From positions 73,240-137,239 of the forward strand of contig JBBTRI010000006.1 in assembly GCA_038065255.1 (NCBI GenBank): DNA of 64,000 nt, written 5' to 3'. The DNA is from Patescibacteria group bacterium (lineage in GTDB: Bacteria; Patescibacteriota; Patescibacteriia; JACQRZ01). The notes under the pieces were generated by a model. It did no database searches and was not told the origin of the DNA. It saw nothing but the letters and a program-made list of their open reading frames with translations. Position 1 is the first letter of the stretch; every line of letters begins with the position of its first letter. The translations under genes and the position numbers were made by a program. This document shows positions 36,354-49,700 of this stretch, in pieces.

Positions 36354-36914
36354 ATGCTTCTTATTATCAGCTGGATTACGTTTGGTTTGTTAACACTAGT
36401 GCTTATCGGCATGACGCTCTATGTGCTTGGCCTTCTCATAAGTCCCTTATTTGGAGCGCCATTTGTGCCAAGCAGAAAGGCTTCAGTGGAAGATATGCTG
36501 CGCTTGGCGAATATCAAGCCCGGGCAGCGCTCAGCCGATCTTGGCTCGGGCGATGGACGTATTGTATGCGCTTTTGCGTCGCAAGGCGCTGATGCCGTTG
36601 GATATGAGATCAACCCCATGCTTGCATGGTATTCGCGTCTGAAGATGGGTAGAAAACGTTTTAGCGGTTCTGCGCAGGCAATTATTGGCGATTTTATGCA
36701 GCATGACCTTTCCGGTTATGATGTCATTACAGCCTATCTTATGCCGGCGTTTATGGTAAAGCTGGAGCCCAAGCTCTTGCGCGAGCTCAAGCCGGGCAGC
36801 CGCGTTGTATCAAACAGTTTTATATTTCCACATTGGAAACCCATAGCTCACGAAGGGCATGTGTATGTCTACGAAAAGACCCTCGATCAAGAAGTTTCAA
36901 ACAGCAATTCTTAG
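36354..36914 (+). CDS. Membrane-anchored class I SAM methyltransferase
   Basis: TM segment, GAPFVPS, DLGSGDGR, GYEINP, ELKPGSRVVSNSF. Confidence 0.85.
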   Translation: MLLIISWITFGLLTLVLIGMTLYVLGLLISPLFGAPFVPSRKASVEDMLRLANIKPGQRSADLGSGDGRIVCAFASQGADAVGYEINPMLAWYSRLKMGRKRFSGSAQAIIGDFMQHDLSGYDVITAYLMPAFMVKLEPKLLRELKPGSRVVSNSFIFPHWKPIAHEGHVYVYEKTLDQEVSNSNS

Positions 36915-37707
36915 CTGGTACCAGAAAAACGGCCGGCATGGCTTACCATGGCGCGCAACGAGAGACCCCTATAGGATACTGGTTTCCGAAATCATGCTGC
37001 AACAGACGCAAGTAGACCGAGTTATAGAGAAATATACCGAATTTTTAGGCGCATTTCCTACGATCAAAAAACTTGCCAATGCACCCGTGCATGATCTTTT
37101 GCGTATATGGAAGGGGCTCGGATATAACCGCAGAGCGCTCAATGTGCAAAAATGTGTCCAAAAGATACTAAGCGAGTATAAAGGCTGCTTCCCTTCGAGC
37201 GTTGAAGATATCGAACAACTGCCGGGCGTAGGCCCCTATACTGCTCGGGCCGTGGCCACCTTTGCATTCAATCAGCCCCACGCGCTTATCGAGACCAATA
37301 TCAGACGTATTTTTATACACTTCTTTTTTTTGGATAGGGAAGGAGTTTCTGATGCTGAGATAATGCCGTTTGTCCAAAAAGCGCTATGGAAAAAAGACCC
37401 TCACGCATGGTATAGCGCATTGATGGATTATGGCGCTTTGGCAATGAAAGATGTTCCAAATCCAAATAAAAAAAGCAGGCACTACTCAAAGCAATCGCGA
37501 TTTGAAGGTTCCCGGCGGTATGCTCGGGCAAAAATACTGGATTACATTCTCCTACACGCAAAAGCATCATCGAGCGATTTAATACTGTTATGCAGGAGTA
37601 ACAACTATCTAAAATCGTTTGAAAGTACGATTTTGGACATTCTTAACACTCTTGTATCAGAAGGATTTATCATTCAAAAAGGCAGATATTGGCGAATTAA
37701 AAAATAA
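36865..37707 (+). CDS. mutY: A/G-specific adenine glycosylase (MutY-like, no Fe-S cysteines)
   Basis: LPWR, PYRILVSEIMLQQTQV, WKGLGYNRRA, LPGVGPYTA, ALMDYG. Confidence 0.85.
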   Translation: MSTKRPSIKKFQTAILSWYQKNGRHGLPWRATRDPYRILVSEIMLQQTQVDRVIEKYTEFLGAFPTIKKLANAPVHDLLRIWKGLGYNRRALNVQKCVQKILSEYKGCFPSSVEDIEQLPGVGPYTARAVATFAFNQPHALIETNIRRIFIHFFFLDREGVSDAEIMPFVQKALWKKDPHAWYSALMDYGALAMKDVPNPNKKSRHYSKQSRFEGSRRYARAKILDYILLHAKASSSDLILLCRSNNYLKSFESTILDILNTLVSEGFIIQKGRYWRIKK

Positions 37708-37798
37708 CTCAAAACTTATCCACATTATGAGTGAATTATTCTTTCGCAAAAGGTGCTAAGATATATGCACCTAACTTTTTTAAAAGCTCTCTTTTTCT

Positions 37799-40700
37799 AT
37801 GAAGCACTATTTTAATCGTAGTTTTTCACCTATGAATGTTCGGATAACACTCAAGAAGTTTCTTACGCAAATAACGGCTGTTGCTGTTATTTTTTGGTCT
37901 TTAGGGCCGGCATCGTTTCTGAATCCGCTCTCTGCTGATGCTGCCGTATCGACGCTTACTGCTACAGCCATTGCAAGCAGAAATCAAGTATTAGGCACTT
38001 CTGCTCCGGCAACAGCTGTACTCGGATTGAACGCTGTTCAGAGCGCGGGCGAGCAACTATCACAGGTGGTTGTGTCAATTAATCCCACAGGCACTATTGC
38101 TCCATCGGATTTTGCAGCACTTGCTACGGATGCCACCTCCGGTGTTGCGCTGTACGCCGATAATGCCGGTGGCGGCACTCAAGGAGTATTTGATGCTACT
38201 GACACTGCTGTGCCACTTGCGGCTGCGCCCTCTTTTAATACTAATAGCCAATTGGTACGTTTGACACCAACCGCATTTTCTGCGACAGCTTCTACCGATA
38301 ATTCCTATGCATTGACAGATGGCGATGTTGTTTTTACTCGGACATCCACCGAACAGAGTTATGCATGGCACGTAGTAAAGGTTGGCAATGGCGGGACGGG
38401 CGGCATGACAAATCAAGCGGTTCGTTTTGAAAATACGGCAACCCTCCCTCTGATCGTTAATAGCGGAGTCCTTTCGAAATTTACTCCGGAAGCAACAGGG
38501 AACTTCACGATCAATGGTACGGCGAATACAACAGTATTTTCAAGCGGAGCAACTCCAGCCCTGTCAACCGGTGATATTGTCCTCTATTCAGGCGGTACGA
38601 CACTTTCCCGCTGGGGCATGGTGAGTGGTGCGTTTACAGCTACTAATGCTCCTGTTGACGGACAAAATTTGGCGAATGAGACCTATCGCATGAGTCGTGC
38701 TGCAGGCGTTACCGGCAGCTACTCAGTTGGGCCAAATGGAGCTGTTACGGTAACCGGCGCATTGAATACCGCACCTCTAACCGCTGGCGACATGGTGCTC
38801 TACCGAGATACGGCAACAACAAGCCAGGCGCAATGGGGTGTTGTGACAAATGCAACCCTTACGAGCGGCATCTTTGCAATAGATGGCGTACCCTTGGCGC
38901 CAGGGACAACAGCAACGCCAAAAGTCTATCAGATCACCAAGTTGAATGCCTACGTTAATGCAACAAAACTTTTAACAACAAATGCAGATACAAATGTAAC
39001 TGCAGGTACGGTTGCCTATACGCTTCTTACGTCAAATACCGACTTTAATGGTGCTGCCGTTGCGCGAAATACTGCCAACTGGCACGTTGTAACGACAGCC
39101 GGCAATACAGTAAACGGCGATGCAAATCTTCGATTGAAATTTAATAGCAGCACTTCTGTTCCGACATTTGGAAATCCCGCTCCGTTGCGCGTTACTTTGG
39201 CGGCAAATGCGCTTCAGGCGATACCGGCAAATGATACGGATGCAGACAAGGTGGGACCAGACTTTTTTGTGGTGGTAAAGGGCGCAGCAACACCAGTGGC
39301 AAATAATGGGTTTACTGCTTCGATTTCTTCAACCTATTTTAGCACCGCGATAGCCGCTATTCCGGCAGTGGTTACTCCAACCTATACATTCTCACCCACG
39401 CCTGTTACCACTTCGGCTCAAGCCGCCCAGCAACTAACTTCAAACACAACACTGTTACCTGCAAGCGAAACATTCTATGCGTTAAAACTCAACCTTTCCC
39501 AATCGAATCAACCCAATGTTCGTGCAATGCGCGTGGTGGTCAATCCGTCGGGGGCGGGGTCTATCAATGACTTGGCGCCAATTACTGATGATGCAACATC
39601 CGGCATTACCCTTCTTAAAGATGATAAATCAAACGGCATGGGAAGAGGTGCCCCGGATGCCACAGATACTTTTGTCGGCAATACATTTGATCTTGGCGGA
39701 CGTTCACAATTCAACAGCACTCAATTGGTCAAAGTAACTCCAAGCTTAACAGCGACTGACAATGGCAATGCTGCCGAGGGGATGCTTGCTGTTGTTGTTG
39801 GCGATGCGGTATTTGCGCGAGTTGGTGCCGGTTCGTATATGTGGCATATGGTGACAACTGCCGGTAATCTGTCTTCCGATGCTACTACCGAAGGCACGGC
39901 TGGTCTTGACGGTTTAAGTGCGGCAAATTCTCTTGTTGCCGCAGGCAGTCAAATGAATAAACTCAATCCCCAAAACGGTACGGGAACTCTTACGGTCGGT
40001 GGTGAGGTGAATCTTACAACGCTTAATTTTGCAGCAAATGATATCATTTTTTATCAGGGAGGTATGGGTGCTCCAAAGTGGGATATTGTTACCTCGGCAA
40101 CCGCGGCAGATATTGTAACGCTTGGCACTCCCCTCCAAAATGGAAACTATCGGGTAAGTAAGTTTACACCGGACGCAAATCGCACCGCCTATGGCATCGG
40201 CGATATTGTACTGTACCAGAACAATTCAACATTTGCCGGCGATACAAAATTCGCAATCATTACCGGTTTTGATCGCGATAATGCCGATGCGGTTATTGGC
40301 TATACGCTTTCTACCGGTGAGACTGTGCCACTTGCACGCCTTATCAAATTCACCGGCTTTGGCCAAGTAAGTAAGGATGTTGGTGCGACTGATTATGCAT
40401 TGATCGACGGTGATTTGGTTTTGGGTATGCCAACACTCAATCCTATGACATCAACAACCGATTGGCATGTTGTCACAACACCAAATGGCGGTGCGCTTGG
40501 CATGAACAATGCCATCCGCCTCAATGATATTGGCGCAGGGGAACCTCGCTTTAATGGCACTGTTGTTATGTTGACCCCGGGAGCTGTGAGTGCGGTATTA
40601 CCGGATGATGCAGGCAACAACGCGCAATCAGATTATTTCATCGGTGTTCGAACGTCGCGCATGGCGGCAAATGGCAATGCATTTACTGTTAGCATTCCTT

Positions 40701-43700
40701 CCGACTCGCTTGTTCTTAATCACTCCACACTTGGCACAACAACGCCACTTGCTACTCTTGCAACGTCTGTGGTGTTTACTGTTTCGACAACATCGTCGTT
40801 GACCACGAATGCTGCTGCAAATATTGCGGGTGGTCCTGCAACGATCAATGTCTCAAGCAATCCAACGGCAGTTTTTGGCTTGAATACTGTTTCCACCGGC
40901 GGCGAACTGGTCAGAAAAGTAGGTGTCACGGTCAATCCTGGCACCGGATTTATCATGAGCGAACTCAATGCACTGGGTACCAATGCGCAGTCCGGTATTG
41001 CTTTGTATGAAGATAATAAAGTTTCCGGCTCGAGCTTTGGTACGTTTAATGCCACTGATGATGCCGTAGTGGCACTTTCGTCAATTACATCCGTTCAGCA
41101 GGGTCCCCGCCTTACCACATTAGCCCCATCATCTCAAGCACTTGCAACAGCTGCAATGACGCTTACCGCAGGCGATGCTCTTTTTACCCACATCACCGGT
41201 AATGGCGCACCGACCAATACATATGGCTGGCACATGGTAACTACAAGCGGCACGGCAGCTACCGCACCTTCCGGAGACGGCGCTCTACGCCTCGACGGCG
41301 CAGGAGCGGCGCCAACGTTTGTCGGCGGTGCCCATGTATCGCGATTGAGTGCGAGAACAACCGGTTCCTATGTCATTAACGGCAGAACCAATACGATTCC
41401 TTCCGCATTGAAACTCGGAGATATTATCCTCTATCAGACAGGAACAACAGCAGCGCGTTGGGGTGTTGTATCTCAGAATTTTGATGCCGGTAATGCAGTC
41501 GTAGATGGCGTACAGTTGGCAAGCGGAACGTATCGCATCGGCAAATTCTCACCGCAATTTTCCCAAAGTACCGCACGCATTGGTTTTCAGCAAGGCAGCC
41601 AATACACGTCATTCTCAACTATTAATTGGACACAGATGCAGGCAGGCGATCTTGTGTTGTATCAAACAGGAACAGAGCCAGCGAAGTGGGGCATTGTCAC
41701 CAATGCGTCCACAACCGGAGGCACCTTTGCTATCAATGGCGCTCCGCTTACGGTGGGAAATGGCTACAACAAGACCTATCGGTTCTCGAAACTTGATTCC
41801 ACATTAACGCAAGCAGCTTTGGCATTTAGTGATGGTACGCAGACAACTGCAGGAACCCTCACCTTTGCGCTTGCAACATCGAATGCGCAAAGTCCTACAG
41901 CATTTGACTGGCATGCCATCACAACTGCCGGAGCTATCAATGGTTCAGCAATTCGTTTCGATGGCAATGGCGCCGCCGCCCCTCTCTATGGTACGAGGGT
42001 TACTATGATTCCGACTGAAGCAACCGCTCCATTTTTCCCAACTGATAACAATGTCAATAATGCAGGCAGCGATTTCTATGTTGTGGCGCGCACTTCCTCA
42101 ACGGCAGTGGCAAACGATAGCTTTTCTCTCACTATAGCCCCGGGAGATGTGGGTACCACGCTACATGAGCCGTTGGCAACACCCACACCGCAGACAAGCC
42201 CTGTATACACCGTATCTTCAGCGCCGGTAGCACCCCCGGCAGCGGTAGCGGCGACAGCAGCTATTCCCGTAGCGGATTTCCCTGTCGTTTTGAAAGGCAC
42301 CAGTGCATACTTGCCACTGTTTCGTGTTCGTTTTGGAACGAATGAGAATACCAAAAACTTTACCTCGGTAAAAGTACAACTCTCACCGCTTGGGGGTACG
42401 CCGACATGGACAACTGCGGCTATTACATCTTCGGATTTGGCTGATTTGGCAACCGATCCTTCCAGTGGCATTACTCTTTGGAAAGATGAAGGCGATTTGA
42501 ACTTCGATACCAATACTCCCGTTGCATTGGCTGCGAGCCCTTCCTATGCTGCTTCTGATCTGGCAACTGCAGGAGCTCGATCATTCACATTGACGCTTGC
42601 AACACCTCAAGCAATTGTATCCGGAGACGCATACTTTATTGCAGTAAGGACAAAAGCAGCTCCGCAAAATGGAAACACGTTTTCTGCCTTTCTATTACCC
42701 GCTGGTATTACTACAAGCGCCACATCTCCGACATTGAGCACAACGGTTCGTCGCGATGCAGTCATAGATAGCACAGTGCCCACCATACAATTAATCGTCG
42801 GTCAACCGGGCACAAATTCACTGGAAGTCACTTTTAGCGAATCAGTTCAAAAAGTGAATAATGGCCCGCTTTCCTTTGTAAGTTCGTCAGATCCGTTTAC
42901 CTTTGTCGACGGAGGCGGTACTGCTCAACAAATCACCAGTATTGAGCGTCGCTCAGATACCGTTTATACACTCACGATGAACGGCAATCTTACCGATGAA
43001 GATTTTGACGGCAGCCCGGCAACATTAGCCGCTACAGCAAATAAAATTTCAGATTTTGCGGGTAATGTCATGGGTACTACGGCATCGAATCTTGCCAATA
43101 CCATGCGAATCACAACTTCTACATTGCCAAATACAGCGGCGGGACAAGCGTATGGACCCGTGACGCTTCAGGCAACCGGAGGTACTCAACCGTACGGCTG
43201 GTCTCCTTTGGGAAGTGCTGATGCAACAACTCTTACAAACCTAGGGCTTACTCTTACGGCAAATACCGGTATTATTTCCGGTACGGTGCCGGCGCAGGCA
43301 TCAGGTTCGAATACCATTACCATTAAACTCCGCGATAAGGCATTTACGGCAACGGTTCTCACGGGCGCAGCAGGAGCAAATCCGTGGACATACCAACGAG
43401 GCGGTTATGTGCCGGCCGTGGGTGACGTTGTGTTTTATCGTAATGTTACCGATGCTCCAACGGCCATGAACTGGGGTATTGTGACAACTGCACCCACAGA
43501 TGCTACACGTACAAATCAAAACACCTTCCGTCTTAATGGCGCGCTCCTCCTTGCCCAAAAAACCTATCAGATGACGCAATTTAGAGGAGGTTCATCTCCT
43601 GAAACAAGTGCGATTGCAGCAAATGGTAATTTCGTCCAAGGACTTAACTTGCGTATTGGCGATCTGGTATTCTATCCAACCAATGCAGCCACAACAACGT

Positions 43701-46700
43701 ATGATTGGGGTATGGTATCAATTGCGGAAAATATTACCGCAAATAATCCGGCAACAATACTGCGTGTGAATGGCAGTGCATTGCCTGCGTATTCAGCAAC
43801 AGGACAAGTACATCTTGTTCGAGCAAGTAATCCTGGGTTCTATTCAGATACTGCTCTTGTAAGGGTGAATAACGGAGCAGTATGGACAATTGACGGTGGC
43901 GCATATACTCCATCAAGCGGTCAGCAAGTTATCTATCGAAATGTTACCGATGCCCCAACAGTCATTCTGCATGGGATTATTACTGCTGCTGCCAATACCA
44001 ACCAAGAAAATTTCAGAATCAATGGCCAGACGCTTCTTGCCACCAAGCAATACCAGATATCCAATCTCAGTACATTAAATTTCACTTCGCAATCAATAGT
44101 CGGCACCAACCAGTCAAATTTTGAACTCGTTGAACGTGATGGCGATATTATGTTCTTGCCAACGCAGAGCAATGGCACGGTGTACAATTGGGCGATGGTG
44201 ACCGGAGGCGATGCGACTATTCCTGCAAATACCAACATCACCGGTCTTAAGCTGAACGGCAGCGCGGTGGATATGGCATGGACCAATGAAGCAGGTGGAA
44301 ATCTTATTGCCAATGCATCCCCTCCTGCAACAAGCGTAACGCGAACATTTACGGTCAATACTCCAGGTGCTGGTGGGTTTATCGCAGGCATTGATCGAGT
44401 GGAACCAAATGTTGGTATCGTCAATACAGTGCGGGATGTGACAGTGACCGGCATAAGCACGTCATTTGCCGCAACTAGCAACATAGAATTGCTTGACGGA
44501 TCAAATAATGTCATTTCCACCGAAGGGGCTGCTTCGGCAACCAATATCCAGGTCTCACAAAAGGCATCAACAGGCGCAACCAACCTCTCATTCCGCCTTA
44601 CAATAGGAGCACAAGTACCTCAGGTTTCGTATCAGTTGCGCATCACTACCGGCAATCAGGTTGTATCAGGGCCAAATGCGTTTACGGTCAGTGCCGCAGT
44701 TGTCGGGCTGAACCCCCTATCACCGCCGAATAATGCGACAAATGTTCCAATCCCTCCGCAGTTCTCATTTTCTCCAAGTGCGGATCAGACTGTTCTGAGC
44801 TACCGTCTCATTGTCCATACGCGGAATGACTTTAATGACAGCATATCGGGTGGATATACTCTGTGGGATTATGCCTTCCCGAAGGTTGCTCCAAGCGGCA
44901 TTCCCGGTCATTGTTTTGTCGACCAGTGTTCCGTTCAATACGGGGAGTCGCGTTTCCGCAACATCCAAGCTGCAAATTTCGATCCAAGCAGTGCCAATAC
45001 ACCTTCACGCCCGGCCCCGCTAAGCCCCAATACCGTGTATTATTGGAAAATACTTGCGTATAAAATTGCCCATTCGGACGCAACCATAGGCGCATCGAGT
45101 GAGAATCTTGGCGATACCAACAGAGTGCCGGAATCCAAACCGGACGGCGGTATTGGCAGAGCATTTACGACGACAGCGACCATAGCTGACAATGAAGCTC
45201 CGGATATTCAGTTTGCAGCACCTCAAAAAGCAACCGCATCAGCCGATCTCAACATGTTTGCTCGCGTATTTGATCGTGTTGCCCGTCCCACCGGAACTCC
45301 GGCGCTTACAGCACGAGTCCTCTACTGTAATAACGCAGCAAACTGCACACCGACCACATCAGCAAATGCTACCCATGTTGGTTCGAATTACTTTAAGTTT
45401 ACTATTCCTGCAGCAACAGTTGGTGTAGCAACCACAGTGACGCGATTCTATATCGATGCAAGCGACGGTCCAAACACAACATCAACGGGCACTGCAGCAT
45501 CACCCCTGAGCGTGACTGCCGTTGCAGCCGGATCAGGAGTGATTAGCGGTACTGTGAAAAAAGCGGACGGCACCTGTGATGCGACCATTCGCCAGGCGAC
45601 TCTATTTATGGAAGGAACCGGTTTCAATGCCACAAGTTCCAATGATGCAGCATGTTCATTTGCTTTGAACGGTCTTACTGCAGGAGGTTCTGTGTGGGCT
45701 GTTAAAGAAGGGTTTGAGCCACAGCCATTCACTTTTTCGCTCGGTAAAACCGGTGCTGATATCCGTATGCCCTTTAACCAGGGAGGTGGATTCATTGGCG
45801 GAGGCGGTTCTACGGGCAATCCACGTGTCATGCATCACTTCCCCGGCCCGGACTCTCAGGCTCCATCCACTGCACCAATTGATATCTTCTTTGATCGTGA
45901 GATGGATTTCGGCACTATCAGCAGCACTAATATGACCGTAAATGAAGAATTAAACGGTGTTTTTACTGATATTACCAACCGTGGATCATGGACATATACC
46001 GATGCAGCCGATCCAAACAATTCTCTTGTCACCATGCATCGCGCAAATTGGACGCTTACCGGACAAAACACACTTGGTACGGGTAAGAAAATTGTTGTCG
46101 TACTATCAAGCGCCGTGAAAGCTCAAGGCGTATCCATTGAAACACCTGACAGCCATAGCTTCCAAAGTGTTAAAAAGTTTAGTTTCTTTACGAGTTCGTT
46201 TACCGCCAATCAGTGTGATTTTGCTGCCGGCACGTGCAATGGTACGGCAATTGCTCCCGACCTTATTCCACGCGTGATGAACTTCCCGCTTCCGCCTGAT
46301 ATTTTCAGAGTTCCAACCAACACGCCTCTCAGTGTGAATTTCAGCGTGGATATGAAAGATAACAGCGAAACGTATAACCTCATCAACTCCGTTCGTCTCT
46401 ATCAGATTATTAACGGACAGCCAAGCGATATTACATCAACGGCTATTCAGTCTGTTTCGCTAGACAGTACAAATAAAAAGCGCGCTCTCATCACGCTTAA
46501 AAACACCTTCAATAGCGGCGCTCTCGGTGTAAATACACAGTATGAGGTTAGAGTGCTCGCTGCCGCGACTGCGTTAAGCGGCTCAACAGTGGGACAGGAT
46601 TTCACCTCGCCGCGCTTTACAACCGGTACGGGTACAGATACGGGAGCCCCAACTATTGTCAATCCGGCAGCCGGTGCGCAGATGCAATTCTCGCCGTTCA

Positions 46701-49700
46701 TGCGAAAAATTGTCCTCTCATTTAACAAGCCCCTGCGGCAAGACAGCGTATCATCGAACACCATTAAACTTTTCCAGAGTGGTTCTACGTCTCCGGTAAG
46801 CGGTGTGTCAGTTCAATATGACAATACGTTAAATGTTGAACTTATTCTCTCAAACCCGCTTCTAGAGCAGACAAACTATGAAGTAAGGGCAACGGTAGGA
46901 TCAAGTGGTGTTGTCGGAGGCAATGGAGTGGCGCTCGTCGCAGAATCGCAAGGGGCAACCTATGTTTCACGCCAATTCACAACAACAGTCGTAACGGGAA
47001 CGATTGAAGCAGCTGCTCCTCGTATTGAATTCATGAATGCCGATGACAAAGAAATAGTCATAAAATTCAGCAAACCGATGAATACGGCAACAAGCGGAGA
47101 TGATCTTGCAAAGAGTGTTTTGAATAAGAATAACATTACACTCAAATATGGCGATAGCGAGCCCTTTCCGGGATTTCAGCCGGCCACACAGGGAACGGCA
47201 ATCACTCTTGCCAATGAAGCGAATGCAACCTTAAGCTTCACCTCGAATAATGAACTGAAGATTTCCAATTGGACCTCGGTTGCCGCAGCCACTATCCGCG
47301 ATAAGAAAGTCTATATTTCCTTTGCCACGACAGTGACGGATGTGAGAGATATGGCGATCGACACAAACGATATGGATCCTGACATGGCAGCTAAGTTTGG
47401 CGCGCTAATGGATGGGCAAACGGTATGTATGAAGGGTAATTCTCGTTGTCAGAGAGTTATGAATAATACGTTGACGGGTGGTGCGAATACGATTGGTGAA
47501 TATAAGGTTGATTTGGGTCTGCGCGGCCAGGGCGGACTAACAAGTATGAATATCAATATGGTCGGTAAAGCGATCGGTCATATAGGCCCGCCTGAAGTGA
47601 TAGCTCACAACCAGACCACAGGAGAGTTGAGCGGCTATATCATACGCGTTCCCCTCACTAGACAGATACCTACCGGTGGGGCGGTTCAACTTATCTTTCC
47701 TGAAGGGTTTGATGTGACAGGCGCGAAACAGCGTGCGAATCACCCAACCTGGCGAGATTTCAATCGCGATAATGCAGGGACTATCACATTCAGGTGTGGT
47801 GCGAGTGTTGCAAATACCACAAATTGCGCGGGCGGAGCAAATACGGATGATACGGGCACTGCCCAAGGAGGGCTTGCAGATGACGGTATCGTTGTTGTAA
47901 GTAAAACAACTGTAAAGGCATATTTAAGTGTTGTATTTCCACCGACTAATAGTACAAATCCGATAGATTTTATTGAGTTTGAACTTGAGGGCATTCGAAA
48001 TACTTCCAGCGCCCTAGATCACAGCTCTACAGACAATACTGTGAAAATAACGACACTTGCCGGCGGTGAACTTGAAAGTATCTCGCCAAGTCCGATCATT
48101 ATTCTTAAGCAGGCTGGAGCGCTGCAGATTACCGGAATGATCACCACTCCTGGGAATGCTGCGAATGGCACGGTAACGGTCTATTTGGAATCTGAGCAAG
48201 CCGGATTCAAGTCGGCAACCTCGACAAACTTCAGCGGCACAACCACAGCAACCTTTGCATTTACCGGTGTTCAGGCAAATACGTATTATTATGTTCGACT
48301 TGATCCAAGCGTAACGCTTGGCGGTAATGAATATTCCGGATCAGGGGTTCCACTCTTTGTGAATAACGCAAATGCAACTGCTGATTTACCGATGACCAAT
48401 ACAACGACAGCAGGTACCCTTGTGACGATAACCATTACCGGAGGCCCGGCGAATGAGTTATTGGATATCTTTGCCAACTCCATGCATGGGCAGAGGCGCC
48501 TGAAGCAAATGCAGCTTGGCGGTGATGGTACGAATGGTGCCGGAACACAAATACGGCTTTCGGATGATCAGTGGTTTATTGGTGTCGGACCACGAATTCC
48601 GTTTGGTCAATATTCGGGACCTCCGCCAAAAACGTCTTATCGGCCGCCGGCTCATATCAGTGTTAATGTTGATAGCGCACAGAATCCGGCGTGCAATCGT
48701 GAAGGCGGGGTTCAGAGCTGTACCGTTCCCTTTGCTCTGACGAATGCAACAAAGCAAATTAGAGGCAAGGTTGTTGACCCGAACAATGTAAGTAATGTTA
48801 TGGTTGGCGCGGAAGTAAAGGCATTTTCGCCGAGCGGTGAAGCGCGTGCGACTTCCGGAGCTGATGGATCATTTACATTGGATGTAACACCTGATTCATA
48901 TGACGTTAAAGCCTATGTTTTCGGCATGGAGCCGTCTATCCCGCGCAATGTCAACGTAACATCGGCGGTTACAGATTATCTTGTCATTGACGGCGCAGCG
49001 GCAGTGTCGGCGGTAACAGCTGCTACAACATTCATTCTCAAGCCGATTAAAGCAGGATTCAGCATCCAAGGAAAGATAACCGATTCAACCGGAAGCGTTA
49101 TGAAAGACACGGCTGTGTATGCATATAGAACAGACGGACCGGGGCATGCCAATGGCATGACCAATGCAAGCGGTGTTTATACTATCTATGTAGGTCCCGG
49201 AACATGGAACGTTGGTTCGGTTATCAATGGTTTTGGTAAGGTTCAAGAAATTACGGTTACGGTCACCAATGCGGACAAAACAAATCAGGATCTCTCGGCA
49301 TCGGGCGGTAACCGATCGTACAAAAAAGTATCCGGTCGTATTTATCAAGATACGAATGGGAACTTACAATATGATGCCAATGAAGGCTTGGCAAATACCA
49401 TGGTAAAGATCGTCGGTCCCGGTGGTTATTTCAATCGCGATGCGACCAAGTCTGATGGCACATACACTATTCAGGTTCCGACGGGCAGCGGTTATCGCGT
49501 TAAGGCGTTTTCTCCTGATCTCGGTGGAGAACTGCCACCACTTCCTCTATTCGATGTCAGTGATGATGTTCCGAATAAGGATTTCAGAATTGCAGCACTA
49601 CGTACTATAACATTCGTGTTCGCCGGCGGTACGGTGAGTGATGGGCGTATTGAACTGAAGACAGCGGGTAATATGATCGTGCCGATCCGTATCTTTAATG

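Noticed and set aside
37716-37724. Perfect DnaA box TTATCCACA upstream of the giant gene
   Set aside because: A single box with no cluster and no dnaA nearby is not enough to call oriC.
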